Notes under the pieces: model-generated | What the model was told of the DNA's origin: nothing | Databases searched by the model: none | Seen by the model: the letters and a program-made list of their open reading frames with translations, nothing else | In this document: piece by piece, positions 7,700-15,414 of the stretch | How positions within the stretch are numbered: the first letter of the stretch is position 1 | Layout: the number at the start of each line of letters is the position of its first letter | Position numbers and translations under genes: made by a program | IMG/VR virus record: IMGVR_UViG_3300032218_000671 | Coordinates: 1-31,643 of that record | Strand: one strand, 5' to 3' | Source of the DNA: a virus | Lineage: Duplodnaviria; Caudoviricetes | DNA length: 31,643 nt

Positions 7700-8088
7700 A
7701 GATCAAGTCCTTTCCTCTTGGCTCTTTCCAAAGTTCGCTCCAGTGAAGTGATTTGAATCTTCAGCTTCGATGCGACTTCATCTTTGGTCATGCCTCTTGA
7801 TAGGTATTCCTGAATTTCCCTGAACCTTCTGGTTCCATCCTCCTTCTTTGTTATGAGATGACTTCGTTCCTCTGGGGTCATTCCTCCCCAGAATCCATCT
7901 GTCTCTTGGTTTTTGATTGCGAATGAAAGGCAAGCAGTCTTGTGAATACAACTGCTGCACAACTGTTGAAGGCGCTCACTGCGCGCTTCCCATTCTACCT
8001 TGGAGTCAGGAAAGAAGAAATCTGGGTCTTCTTCCATGCACTTTGCCTCGGGAAATGAGGGAGCGTTCAAGAGCGCCAGGAGAGTCAC
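7696..8088 (-). CDS. whiB: WhiB-family transcription factor with a C-terminal HTH
   Basis: C...DPDFFFP...CSSC.....C...GFWGGMT four-Cys WhiB signature; C-terminal GMTKDEVASKLKIQITSLERTL HTH. Confidence 0.9.
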   Translation of the reverse strand: MTLLALLNAPSFPEAKCMEEDPDFFFPDSKVEWEARSERLQQLCSSCIHKTACLSFAIKNQETDGFWGGMTPEERSHLITKKEDGTRRFREIQEYLSRGMTKDEVASKLKIQITSLERTLERAKRKGLDL

Positions 8089-8438
8089 AATGGATCTCCA
8101 TATCCTGCTTCACGCAAGAGTCGAACCATTGCCTCCATAGGAAGCACAGCCCACCATTGACCAGCATTGGACAAGCCCACGCCATTTGGCTTGATGGCGA
8201 GAATGCCGAAATCGCACTTGGCATTGACTCGCTCAATTTCAGTTTCTTTGAGCCAAGCGGGAATCTTATATGTTGCGTGATTCTTTACTTCCCACGCCAA
8301 GCAAGGTGTGCCTGTGATGTCACCTTGGTCAAAAGCGCCAGTCAGCGCCCGTCTTTCCGCGCCAGGAAAACCCTGTCCCACGAGGAATTTGACAAGCGCT
8401 GACTCGGCTGCTGTCCCCTTCTGCTTGGCTCTGCTCAT
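8085..8438 (-). CDS. Holliday junction resolvase (archaeal-type PD-(D/E)xK)
   Basis: MSRAKQKGTAAE...ERRAL.G..DQGDI....WEVKN. Start reassigned by TAATG overlap. Confidence 0.8.
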   Translation of the reverse strand: MSRAKQKGTAAESALVKFLVGQGFPGAERRALTGAFDQGDITGTPCLAWEVKNHATYKIPAWLKETEIERVNAKCDFGILAIKPNGVGLSNAGQWWAVLPMEAMVRLLREAGYGDPL

Positions 8439-8665
8439 TATGCCTTCACAGAAGGTTTGCGCTTGGATCGGCAAGCGCAAGAGTGGAGTGCTTCGCGAAC
8501 TTCATCAGCTTCGCGATAAGCCCAATTCAAGTCTGATTTCAATTCTTTGATTTGCTCCTGGCACTGGTTCCAATAAACGAACCCGCCGATGAGATAGGCA
8601 ATGCCTGATGCTCCAAGGATGAAAAAGATCCAAGCAACTGTGATTGGTGCGACATCGATTCCCAT
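8438..8665 (-). CDS. Small membrane protein with coiled coil
   Basis: Hydrophobic N-terminal helix; RBS AGGGG; coupled at both ends. Confidence 0.7.
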   Translation of the reverse strand: MGIDVAPITVAWIFFILGASGIAYLIGGFVYWNQCQEQIKELKSDLNWAYREADEVREALHSCACRSKRKPSVKA

Positions 8666-8808
8666 TATTTTTCCCCTGTCTTTGATTGAGCTTGAGAATT
8701 GGCGTGGTCATAGCAAATTGATTCAGTGGCAACTCCTAGAAGGAAAGCATCGACACCGCTATGAACCAACTCTGTTGATTGGCATCCATCTACTGCGCAT
8801 TCTTTCAT
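8665..8808 (-). CDS. Small Zn-finger-like protein, 47 aa (not in ORF track)
   Basis: MKECAVDGCQSTELVHSGVDAFLLGVATESICYDHANSQAQSKTGEK*, CxxxxC...CxxH, with ATGA and TAATG coupling. Confidence 0.65.
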   Translation of the reverse strand: MKECAVDGCQSTELVHSGVDAFLLGVATESICYDHANSQAQSKTGEK

Positions 8809-8948
8809 TTCTTCTTTCCCATCTTTGATTGAAAGTTATGCCATTCCTCAACTTGCAAGAAATCGTCATTCTTGTTCAATTCGCCATCGAGCCAAAGAAC
8901 CATCGGCAAGAAGGCAAGTGTTGCGATGATGATGATGAAAAGTGTCAT
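8805..8948 (-). CDS. Small membrane protein, 47 aa (not in ORF track)
   Basis: MTLFIIIIATLAFLPMVLWLDGELNKNDDFLQVEEWHNFQSKMGKKK*, coupled at both ends. Confidence 0.65.
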   Translation of the reverse strand: MTLFIIIIATLAFLPMVLWLDGELNKNDDFLQVEEWHNFQSKMGKKK

Positions 8949-9220
8949 TAGAACTCCCAATCACAGAGAACAACATAAGGATCGATGCCATCTGCATTGT
9001 CGAGAAGGATTTGAAAAGGTGCATCCACTGATGTGAGGAAAGCGCGAAATATCATCGCTGCTGTCCAGTCAGGTAGCCAGTAAGCGTTGACAAATGCCAT
9101 GCTGACTGATTCGCCTTTGACGGCTTCAAAGCGTGGAAGTTGAGATGCAAAGTCTGCATCCCATTTCATCTTCGCTGTGTAGAGGAATGAGAGATCTTGC
9201 AATGAGATGTCGAGGAACAT
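8948..9220 (-). CDS. Hypothetical protein
   Basis: TAATG coupling at both ends. Confidence 0.7.
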   Translation of the reverse strand: MFLDISLQDLSFLYTAKMKWDADFASQLPRFEAVKGESVSMAFVNAYWLPDWTAAMIFRAFLTSVDAPFQILLDNADGIDPYVVLCDWEF

Positions 9221-9594
9221 TAGGCAACCGACCCTTTCATAGATGAAAGAAGTGAATTCCAGTCCATGTCATTATCTGACAACCATTGCTGGATTGATTC
9301 AGCGCCGATGCGCCAGAAGTCTTGAGAGATAGTTCCCGCGCTTCGCATCATCTGCAAACGAAAAGCAAAATCGATGACTTGGTTGATGTTGGAATCTTCT
9401 GTGATGCCGATTGAGATTCCGAGACCTTTATGAGAAATGCGCATTGCAGTTGTCTTGGCAATAGTTGTTTCATTGATGCCAGCCTGTTTGAGCCAGAATT
9501 GAGCAATGTCAGGATGAAGAGAATTCAAGACTGTTGGATTGCTGCGGATTTTGATTATCCAGGTTTCAACTTGCTCTTGCTTTGTTGCCGCCAT
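9220..9594 (-). CDS. Hypothetical protein, first gene of the putative early operon
   Basis: RBS AGGGAG; follows the terminator/promoter gap. Confidence 0.75.
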   Translation of the reverse strand: MAATKQEQVETWIIKIRSNPTVLNSLHPDIAQFWLKQAGINETTIAKTTAMRISHKGLGISIGITEDSNINQVIDFAFRLQMMRSAGTISQDFWRIGAESIQQWLSDNDMDWNSLLSSMKGSVA

Positions 9595-9643
9595 TTGGTT
9601 CTCCCTGTTCGGTGAAGGATCCTTGTTCCTTCTCTTGGAATAA

Positions 9644-9710
9644 ACGATAGCACCGACAAGTCAAGTCAGGAAGCATTTCAGCTGACATCTGCGTGTCGTG
9701 ATTTTCCACA
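9644..9710 (-). promoter_or_regulatory. Putative early promoter region
   Basis: Extended -10 TGCTATCGT on the minus strand, CGACACGC motif at 9691-9698 (minus) and DnaA-box-like TTTTCCACA at 9702-9710. Confidence 0.45.
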
Positions 9711-9718
9711 CAGAAAGC

Positions 9719-9758
9719 GAAAAGACCCCCGCCAGCCGAAGCCGATGGGGGTCTTTTC
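9719..9758 (-). terminator. Intrinsic terminator ending the late operon (possibly bidirectional)
   Basis: 12-bp inverted repeat GAAAAGACCCCC/GGGGGTCTTTTC with T-rich tails on both strands, just after the epimerase stop. Confidence 0.85.
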
Positions 9759-9785
9759 TATTTTGCTGGCGAACTAGGGCGAGGG

Positions 9786-10667
9786 TTAGCTCAAGCCAGC
9801 AAAAGCGCGTTGGATGCCTTCTAAGAGGCTTATCTGTGGGGTGTAGAAGGTATTCATCAAAGTGGGGTCTCCTACCCTGTAATCGACCCCTGAAGGCTCG
9901 GCAGGTAGGTTCTGGAAGCGTGGCTCATAGCCAGCAACGATTGCCACCATGCGAGCCAAGTCATTGAATGAGGTGGCGATGCCTGTGCTTAGATTGGCGG
10001 TTTCGATGTCAGCCTCACAGCCAGCCTCGGCTGCTGCCACAACATCATTGATGTGGATGAAGTCTCGGCATTGATTGCCAGTTCCCCAAATTTCGAATGG
10101 ATCTGACTTTGCCAAGCCACGAGCGATGAAGGATGGGAATGGGTAATCAAGTGCCTGATCTGTGCCATAACCCGAGAATGGTCGATAAACATGAACTGTC
10201 AGCCCCTGCGCCCTCGCATGAGATGCAAGCATCTCTCCTGTCAGCTTCGCCCATCCATAAGTCATGTCTGGAGTCTGAATATCTTCAAGATTGATGTCAG
10301 ACTCTTCAAGAATTTTGACTGTGCCTTCATCTAAGTTTTGCAGAGCTGTTGGGTAAGCAGCACTTGATGAAAAGTAAGTGATGCAACCTGGCTTGGTACG
10401 AAGCGCCCATCCGAACATTTCGGCATCGATGGACAAGTCAACTGCCAAAGCAAGTGGAGATCCTTCAATCATCTTGCGCCCACCCACAACAGCAGCAAGA
10501 TGAATCACCTTGTCGAAGTGTGTGTTGTCGGTTCGGAAGAAGTCACGAGCATCCATCGACAAGCGATTGGCAATGTCAATCCCGACAACATCGTGACCTT
10601 GATTTTCAAAGTGTCTGTGGAATGCTCGACCTACAAAGCCAGCATCTCCTGTGATGAGAATTTTCAT
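9786..10667 (-). CDS. NAD-dependent epimerase/dehydratase (extended SDR)
   Basis: ITGDAGFVG Rossmann motif, HLAA, SSSAAY, YGWAK (YxxxK), RPFSGYG, RDFIHIND. Confidence 0.93.
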   Translation of the reverse strand: MKILITGDAGFVGRAFHRHFENQGHDVVGIDIANRLSMDARDFFRTDNTHFDKVIHLAAVVGGRKMIEGSPLALAVDLSIDAEMFGWALRTKPGCITYFSSSAAYPTALQNLDEGTVKILEESDINLEDIQTPDMTYGWAKLTGEMLASHARAQGLTVHVYRPFSGYGTDQALDYPFPSFIARGLAKSDPFEIWGTGNQCRDFIHINDVVAAAEAGCEADIETANLSTGIATSFNDLARMVAIVAGYEPRFQNLPAEPSGVDYRVGDPTLMNTFYTPQISLLEGIQRAFAGLS

Positions 10668-11338
10668 GCTTGGTCTCTCAACTCTTGCAAGAGGTGACGA
10701 TAAGCATCCCCATTCAAGTAATCATCGAGTGCTTGCTTGTCTGCTGAATAAACTTCCTCAGCATTGACTTCTCGATAGCCTTCATCCCATTCGGCTTTGC
10801 CAGCGACAGGATGCAAATGTTCAAGGACAACTTCTGGGATATAGCGGAGAGCATTCAAGTCTTTGCCGAGTGTCATCCAGAAGTTGTCCAAATATAAGTG
10901 AATCATATCTGGGGGAACCATTCCACCCAGAGCGTTGACAATATCGCCCGACATTGCCACAGCAGTTGCAAGGTTTGCACCTTGAAGCAAATCGTCTCCA
11001 TAGACCAAGCCAGTGCCTAGTTCATCGAGTGCGTTGATGAAATGAACATCCCAGTTCTTTGTGCGTGGTCTGTGATCATCGCCAAGGAAGGCGAAGTGTC
11101 GGTATTTGTGAGAATAGTGGCGAGCAGCAAAGTTCAATGGCTTTGCCATTCCTTTGCCACGCTTTTCCACCATCAGCACATCGCAACCGAGCTGAAGGTA
11201 AGCATCCATCTGAGGTTCATCGTCATCGACAATGACAATCAAATCTGATTCGGTTTCAGTCTCTTCGAATGCCTGAATCAAGTCAGCAATGTTCTGTGGT
11301 CGATTTCGGCTAGGAACTAGAACAACAAGATTTCTCAT
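10664..11338 (-). CDS. GT-A fold (GT2-like) glycosyltransferase
   Basis: VVLVPSRNRP, IVDDD, FLGDDH (DxD-like), YLDN and EHLHP motifs. Confidence 0.8.
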   Translation of the reverse strand: MRNLVVLVPSRNRPQNIADLIQAFEETETESDLIVIVDDDEPQMDAYLQLGCDVLMVEKRGKGMAKPLNFAARHYSHKYRHFAFLGDDHRPRTKNWDVHFINALDELGTGLVYGDDLLQGANLATAVAMSGDIVNALGGMVPPDMIHLYLDNFWMTLGKDLNALRYIPEVVLEHLHPVAGKAEWDEGYREVNAEEVYSADKQALDDYLNGDAYRHLLQELRDQA

Positions 11339-11592
11339 TGACGAACCTCATTGGCGATTGCGGCATAAGCGCAGAGATCGATGAAAGAATCATCATCGTA
11401 TTTGTAAGCAAGGCGAGCGAGTTTCAGCCCTGCCATGCAAAGTGCAACATGAGTTGCATCAATTTCAACGCCTAGAATAACCGACCAAATCTTTGCAATC
11501 CTTGTGTGATTGGCAAGTGGGTCATCGTAGGATTCATTCCTATCGCCCATCGTAAGGCGAATCGCCTCATTGAGAGTCTCTTCTCGATCCAT
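11335..11592 (-). CDS. DUF6378-like phage protein
   Basis: L.EA..L..GDR...Y.DP..N..RIA..WS...VALCM...KLAR...DS..D...Y pattern. Confidence 0.75.
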   Translation of the reverse strand: MDREETLNEAIRLTMGDRNESYDDPLANHTRIAKIWSVILGVEIDATHVALCMAGLKLARLAYKYDDDSFIDLCAYAAIANEVRQ

Positions 11593-12121
11593 GCAACTTC
11601 TCCATCTCTTCAACTGGCTTCAGCTGAGATGGGTGCAATTGGTAGTTCCTGACTTCTCTGCCAGGATCTCCAGTCATAATTGGTGACATTCCCTCAAAAA
11701 TGCCAACCTCGCACCAACCCCTGAAAGCAACTTTTGGTGTATCGGAATCGACTTCATCAACTGAGAGCCAGAAGATGAAGTCTGCCTTCCGCTTGATGGA
11801 AGCATACTGTGAAACTGAGACACAGCGACCCCATTGCTCCCAATATCTTTCACTCCATGTCTTGACCTCGATGCGACCAACCTTGGTGCAGATGTCAGCT
11901 TCTTTGTCTTTGGATGGATCCGAGAATGCTGCCTCTGGCTCAAAGCCGTTATCTCGAAGCCAGATGAAAGCAGCAAATTCGCCGAGATGACCAACAAGGT
12001 GGCTGTTCGCTGTGTTCCTGTAATGTCCAGGATTGTTGCGATAGCGCTCGAAGGTCTTCTCGGCGAGAAGCAATGCTGCTTGTTTGGATTCAGGGTTGAG
12101 TGTCAAGCCCTGAATGTTCAA
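11567..12121 (-). CDS. Putative PD-(D/E)xK nuclease-fold protein
   Basis: GHLGEFAA...ADI......IEVKT motif spacing. TTG start is uncertain. Confidence 0.55.
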   Translation of the reverse strand: MNIQGLTLNPESKQAALLLAEKTFERYRNNPGHYRNTANSHLVGHLGEFAAFIWLRDNGFEPEAAFSDPSKDKEADICTKVGRIEVKTWSERYWEQWGRCVSVSQYASIKRKADFIFWLSVDEVDSDTPKVAFRGWCEVGIFEGMSPIMTGDPGREVRNYQLHPSQLKPVEEMEKLHGSRRDSQ

Positions 12122-12124
12122 AGG

Positions 12125-12391
12125 TTATCCCTTTGTCTTTTCTTCTGGCGTTTCAACTTCTGAAACAGCGCGTGAGAATGCTGAATCAATTTCAGCTTCT
12201 GAAAGGTTTCCATCGGATGCGTAATCGCGAGCAAGTTCCTCAACCACTGTGAAGACTGCCAGAACTCCAGCCACTGATGCTGCAATCCAAGGCTTGACTC
12301 CGAAGAGTGCTGATGCTCCGATTGTTGAGAGCGCTCCTACTGCAAAGACTGCAAGGATGCGGAAAAAGACATTCTTCATTGGTTTTCTCAT
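12125..12391 (-). CDS. Holin-like protein with two TM helices
   Basis: Two hydrophobic helices and a charged C-terminus; ATGA-coupled to the amidase; second possible start at 12379. Confidence 0.65.
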   Translation of the reverse strand: MRKPMKNVFFRILAVFAVGALSTIGASALFGVKPWIAASVAGVLAVFTVVEELARDYASDGNLSEAEIDSAFSRAVSEVETPEEKTKG

Positions 12392-12921
12392 TTCGTTGGG
12401 GTTTCCCATGCTGGTCTTGCAACCGCATGGATGGTCTTTCCGAGAAGTCGCTTGCGAAGATAAACCCCGCCCCCATTTTGCTGGCTTGCGCCAACCGCGC
12501 CTTCTGGACTTGTATTGCCTTCAATAGTCATCAAATAACCTTTGGCAGCATGATTTTCAACAACGATGCCAACATGATCTGCAATGCCTTTTCCTACCCA
12601 ATCAAAGAAGATGACATCGCCTGGTTGAGCAGTCTTTGCATCCACAAGCTGATTGTGCTTCTTGAAGAAGTTCACGCCATCTGGACAATAGATAAATCCT
12701 GCTGGTGTCTTTGCAGCGACAAAAGGTGAGGAGTGAACTTGGTCAAAGCACCAAGAGACGAAACAAGCGCACCAAGATTGACCCTGACCATTTTGCTTGG
12801 TCTTGGCTTTCCACCAATCCCAGAATTCAACAATGTTTCCAGACTTGCCATCAGCGCCGCCCTTTTCGACTGTGCCGACTTTGGATTGTGCGACCTTGAC
12901 CAGATCTGCCCCTGTTGTCAT
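12388..12921 (-). CDS. CHAP-domain endolysin
   Basis: WCACFVSW, PGDVIFFDW, HVGIV and TIEGNT motifs. Start at MTTGAD with RBS AAGGAG. Confidence 0.9.
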   Translation of the reverse strand: MTTGADLVKVAQSKVGTVEKGGADGKSGNIVEFWDWWKAKTKQNGQGQSWCACFVSWCFDQVHSSPFVAAKTPAGFIYCPDGVNFFKKHNQLVDAKTAQPGDVIFFDWVGKGIADHVGIVVENHAAKGYLMTIEGNTSPEGAVGASQQNGGGVYLRKRLLGKTIHAVARPAWETPTK

Positions 12922-13091
12922 TGCTTCTCCTTGGGATTTCGTAGTGGAAAGGTTGTGATCCATAAGAATGTTGAGATGATGATTGCATATCCAACGACAG
13001 TTTTCGCTGAACCAGTCAGAACAAGCCACGCTGAAAATAATCCAACGAATGTCCAAATTTGATTTGCTAGGTCAGAGAGCAGGTTCTTCAT
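12918..13091 (-). CDS. Small two-TM membrane protein, 57 aa (not in ORF track)
   Basis: MKNLLSDLANQIWTFVGLFSAWLVLTGSAKTVVGYAIIISTFLWITTFPLRNPKEKQ*, with ATGA overlaps to both neighbours. Confidence 0.8.
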   Translation of the reverse strand: MKNLLSDLANQIWTFVGLFSAWLVLTGSAKTVVGYAIIISTFLWITTFPLRNPKEKQ

Positions 13092-14497
13092 TTGATTCTC
13101 CTAGTGATAGCCCCTGCGAATATGGTTGCAACAAGAATCTTTTTTGCTTTCTTACGAGTAATCGGAGACATATCGTTTCCGATGTTTGCGAGTGCTACAT
13201 AAGCATCGGCAACTGCTTGAGCAGCTTGTCCAACGCCAGGAATGCTGATGTTGACATCGATGGGTTCAACTGGAACTGCGACATCGGGTGCATTGAAAGT
13301 CATGCCACCTGGTTGACCAATAAAGGTTTCAGCAATTGTGATTGCATCAGGTGGAATCGGATCTCCTGAACCTGGTGCTGGTGCTGGTGGAGTGAGATTT
13401 CCATCTTCACTGACAACTTGAGGTTGTGATTGAGTTCCGAAGAATGCAATGCCGCCATTTTCCACACCTGCTTTGTCTTGCTGGATGTGAGGTGTCAAAA
13501 GGTTGCTTTCAGGAACCTTGGGAATATCTGTTGGCAATTGACTTGGATTGTTAGGAATCAAGCCAACAACAACTGGAAGTTCTGGTGCAGGTGCAGGTGC
13601 AGGTTCTGGCACTGGTACGGGATTTGGTACAGGTGCAGGAGCAGGAGCAGGTGCTGGCTCAGGTGCAGGTGCTGGCTCAGGAGCAGGAGCAGGTGCTGGC
13701 TCAGGCGCTGGTGCTGGCTCAGGTGCAGGTGCAGGTGCAGGTGCAGGTTCTGGCACTGGCTCTGGAATAATCACTGGCTCTGGTGCAGGTGCAGGTTCTG
13801 GAGCAGGTGCAGGTTCTGGTGCGGGTGCAGGTGCAGGTTCTGGTGCAGGTGCAGGTGCAGGTGCAGGTGCAATCACAACTGGCTCAGGTGTTGGAGTTGG
13901 ACTCGGAGTTGGACTCGGAGTTGGACTCGGAGTTGGAGAAGCTGTGACTGTTACTGTCTCAACAATCGCTGTCGATGTTTCAACAATCGCTGTCGCTGTC
14001 TCAACAATCTGCGCTGTCTTTGTCTCCACAATCACTGTTGCTGTGGATCCATCAATTGAAGATGGAGAAGGCATTGAAGTCGGTTGAATTGCAATCTTAG
14101 GAATAGAGCCAAGGCGAACTTGAACAATTGCGAATTGTGAATAGAGATGCAAGGTGTCGTTGTCTGAGCGAATGCCGAACTTGAATCTGCGCCCATCAAG
14201 AACGCCAGCATCGGCAAGCACTGCGAATGGCAAGGTGATGGAAGTCGTGGTTGAGGCTACTGCTCTGCCATTTCCGCATTCTTCGCAATTCCAGAAAATC
14301 GCATAGCGTTCTGGCATGGCTGTGCCTGTTGATGACTCTGGAGCTTCCCATTGAAGTTCAACTTGCTTATCTTCTGGATGAACTTCAATCTGAACATTTG
14401 TGGGAGCGCCAATGGTCAAGTCTTCTGCCATAGCAGGGAAGAAATAAGTTGAAGCGACAATCAGAAACAATGCGATGGGGATACGCAGGAATTTCAA
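13088..14497 (-). CDS. Secreted/anchored protein: signal peptide, FN3-like domain, Thr/Pro/Ala-rich stalk, C-terminal anchor-like segment
   Basis: MKFLR-hydrophobic-AMA signal peptide; APTNV...LQWEAP...Y.I.W...FKFGIRS.N FN3 pattern; (IVET..A)n, (SPTP)n and (PAPAPE)n repeats; RKKAKK followed by a hydrophobic tail. Confidence 0.8.
   Translation of the reverse strand: MKFLRIPIALFLIVASTYFFPAMAEDLTIGAPTNVQIEVHPEDKQVELQWEAPESSTGTAMPERYAIFWNCEECGNGRAVASTTTSITLPFAVLADAGVLDGRRFKFGIRSDNDTLHLYSQFAIVQVRLGSIPKIAIQPTSMPSPSSIDGSTATVIVETKTAQIVETATAIVETSTAIVETVTVTASPTPSPTPSPTPSPTPTPEPVVIAPAPAPAPAPEPAPAPAPEPAPAPEPAPAPEPVIIPEPVPEPAPAPAPAPEPAPAPEPAPAPAPEPAPAPEPAPAPAPAPVPNPVPVPEPAPAPAPELPVVVGLIPNNPSQLPTDIPKVPESNLLTPHIQQDKAGVENGGIAFFGTQSQPQVVSEDGNLTPPAPAPGSGDPIPPDAITIAETFIGQPGGMTFNAPDVAVPVEPIDVNISIPGVGQAAQAVADAYVALANIGNDMSPITRKKAKKILVATIFAGAITRRIK
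13582..14040. repeat. Coding low-complexity tandem repeats
   Basis: GGTGCA/GGAGCA/GGCTCA hexamer arrays at about 13582-13870, GGAGTTGGACTC x3 at 13893-13928 and 21-24 nt TCAACAATC repeats at about 13958-14030. Confidence 0.9.
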
Positions 14498-14500
14498 TTC

Positions 14501-14782
14501 TTAGCTCGACTTCCTCACCCTGGATGTCTTGATTTCGGATTTTGCTTTCATTACTTCAACATCAATCTTGATGATGTTCTGATTCTCAATCAACTGATCG
14601 ACCTTGTTGATGAGTCCAGTTTGTCCGTCATTATAGAGCGCATACTCAATGCGACTGAGCTTCTCTTCGATGGCTTCTGTGTGAGTCTTGATGGCGTGTT
14701 TGGCAATAATCCCCACCCCTGCGAGGATTGCTGCTGCCACGAAGAAATACGAATAAACTATTGTGGCAATATCTGAACTCAT
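14501..14782 (-). CDS. Single-TM coiled-coil protein (holin-like or lysis accessory)
   Basis: One TM helix, LYNDGQTGL and a coiled coil. Start MSSDIA is ATGA-coupled. Confidence 0.65.
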   Translation of the reverse strand: MSSDIATIVYSYFFVAAAILAGVGIIAKHAIKTHTEAIEEKLSRIEYALYNDGQTGLINKVDQLIENQNIIKIDVEVMKAKSEIKTSRVRKSS

Positions 14783-15030
14783 TTGGTTAGAACCAAGACC
14801 TTCACAATCGTTGTGCCAGATGATGTGCAAGCATAGATTGCTGATTCGTGAGTTGAGAGAGTCAATTTGTCACCTGTGTCCATTTGATACCCTGTTGATG
14901 GAGTCACATCAGATCCACCAAGGAAGCAAGTTCCTGATGAGCTGTGAAGATACACATTTGTCGCGCCGTTACCCATAAAGACTTGAGTTGGAGTTGTTGT
15001 GATTGTGTAGTTTGCAGATGTGACTGCCAT
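14779..15030 (-). CDS. Small beta-rich putative virion protein
   Basis: Thr/Ser/Gly-rich, RBS AGGAG, at the end of the tail module. Confidence 0.65.
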   Translation of the reverse strand: MAVTSANYTITTTPTQVFMGNGATNVYLHSSSGTCFLGGSDVTPSTGYQMDTGDKLTLSTHESAIYACTSSGTTIVKVLVLTK

Positions 15031-15051
15031 GTGGCTCTCCTATGGGTTGGG

Positions 15052-15414
15052 TTAGAGTGAAACTTCAATCCATGATTTTGTTGTTTCATCCCATTGATAT
15101 TTTTTGTCATCGACAGGAATTGGAACTGGAGATTCCCAAAGATAAGTCTCCGCATTCAATGTCCATGATGAAAATGGTTGTGGAGCTGAAAAACCAATTT
15201 CATCCCATGAATAACCGATTCCAGCATAATTTTTGTGTAGTGGAGTTCCACCTAGATTGTGTCGATTTCCATAAGTATTGAATGAAGTCTTGATCCAAGT
15301 TCCACCAAGATTGTCAATTAGCCATTGATAGCCTTCATCGGGTTCATTGTTATCTCCAACAAGGACGCGAATAACTTTATTGTTTGCATCTATTTCAGCC
15401 CAATGTGCCATCAT
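15052..15414 (-). CDS. Tail-fibre-associated protein (possible assembly chaperone)
   Basis: MAHWAEID...W.KTSFN...KNYAGIGY...F..PQPF.SW.L....W..P.P.P...Y.WDE pattern, typically found after Gly-rich fibre genes. Confidence 0.65.
   Translation of the reverse strand: MMAHWAEIDANNKVIRVLVGDNNEPDEGYQWLIDNLGGTWIKTSFNTYGNRHNLGGTPLHKNYAGIGYSWDEIGFSAPQPFSSWTLNAETYLWESPVPIPVDDKKYQWDETTKSWIEVSL

Noticed and set aside
12922-13056. N-terminal extension of the CHAP endolysin given by the ORF track
   Set aside because: The region is better explained by the coupled 57-aa membrane ORF in another frame, and the amidase has its own RBS before 12921.
13430-14087. Plus-strand ORFs with silk-like GAGAGS, CRCR or QVQV repeats
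   Set aside because: They are antisense shadows of the Pro/Ala repeats in the minus-strand gene, which has a signal peptide and is coupled to its downstream neighbour.
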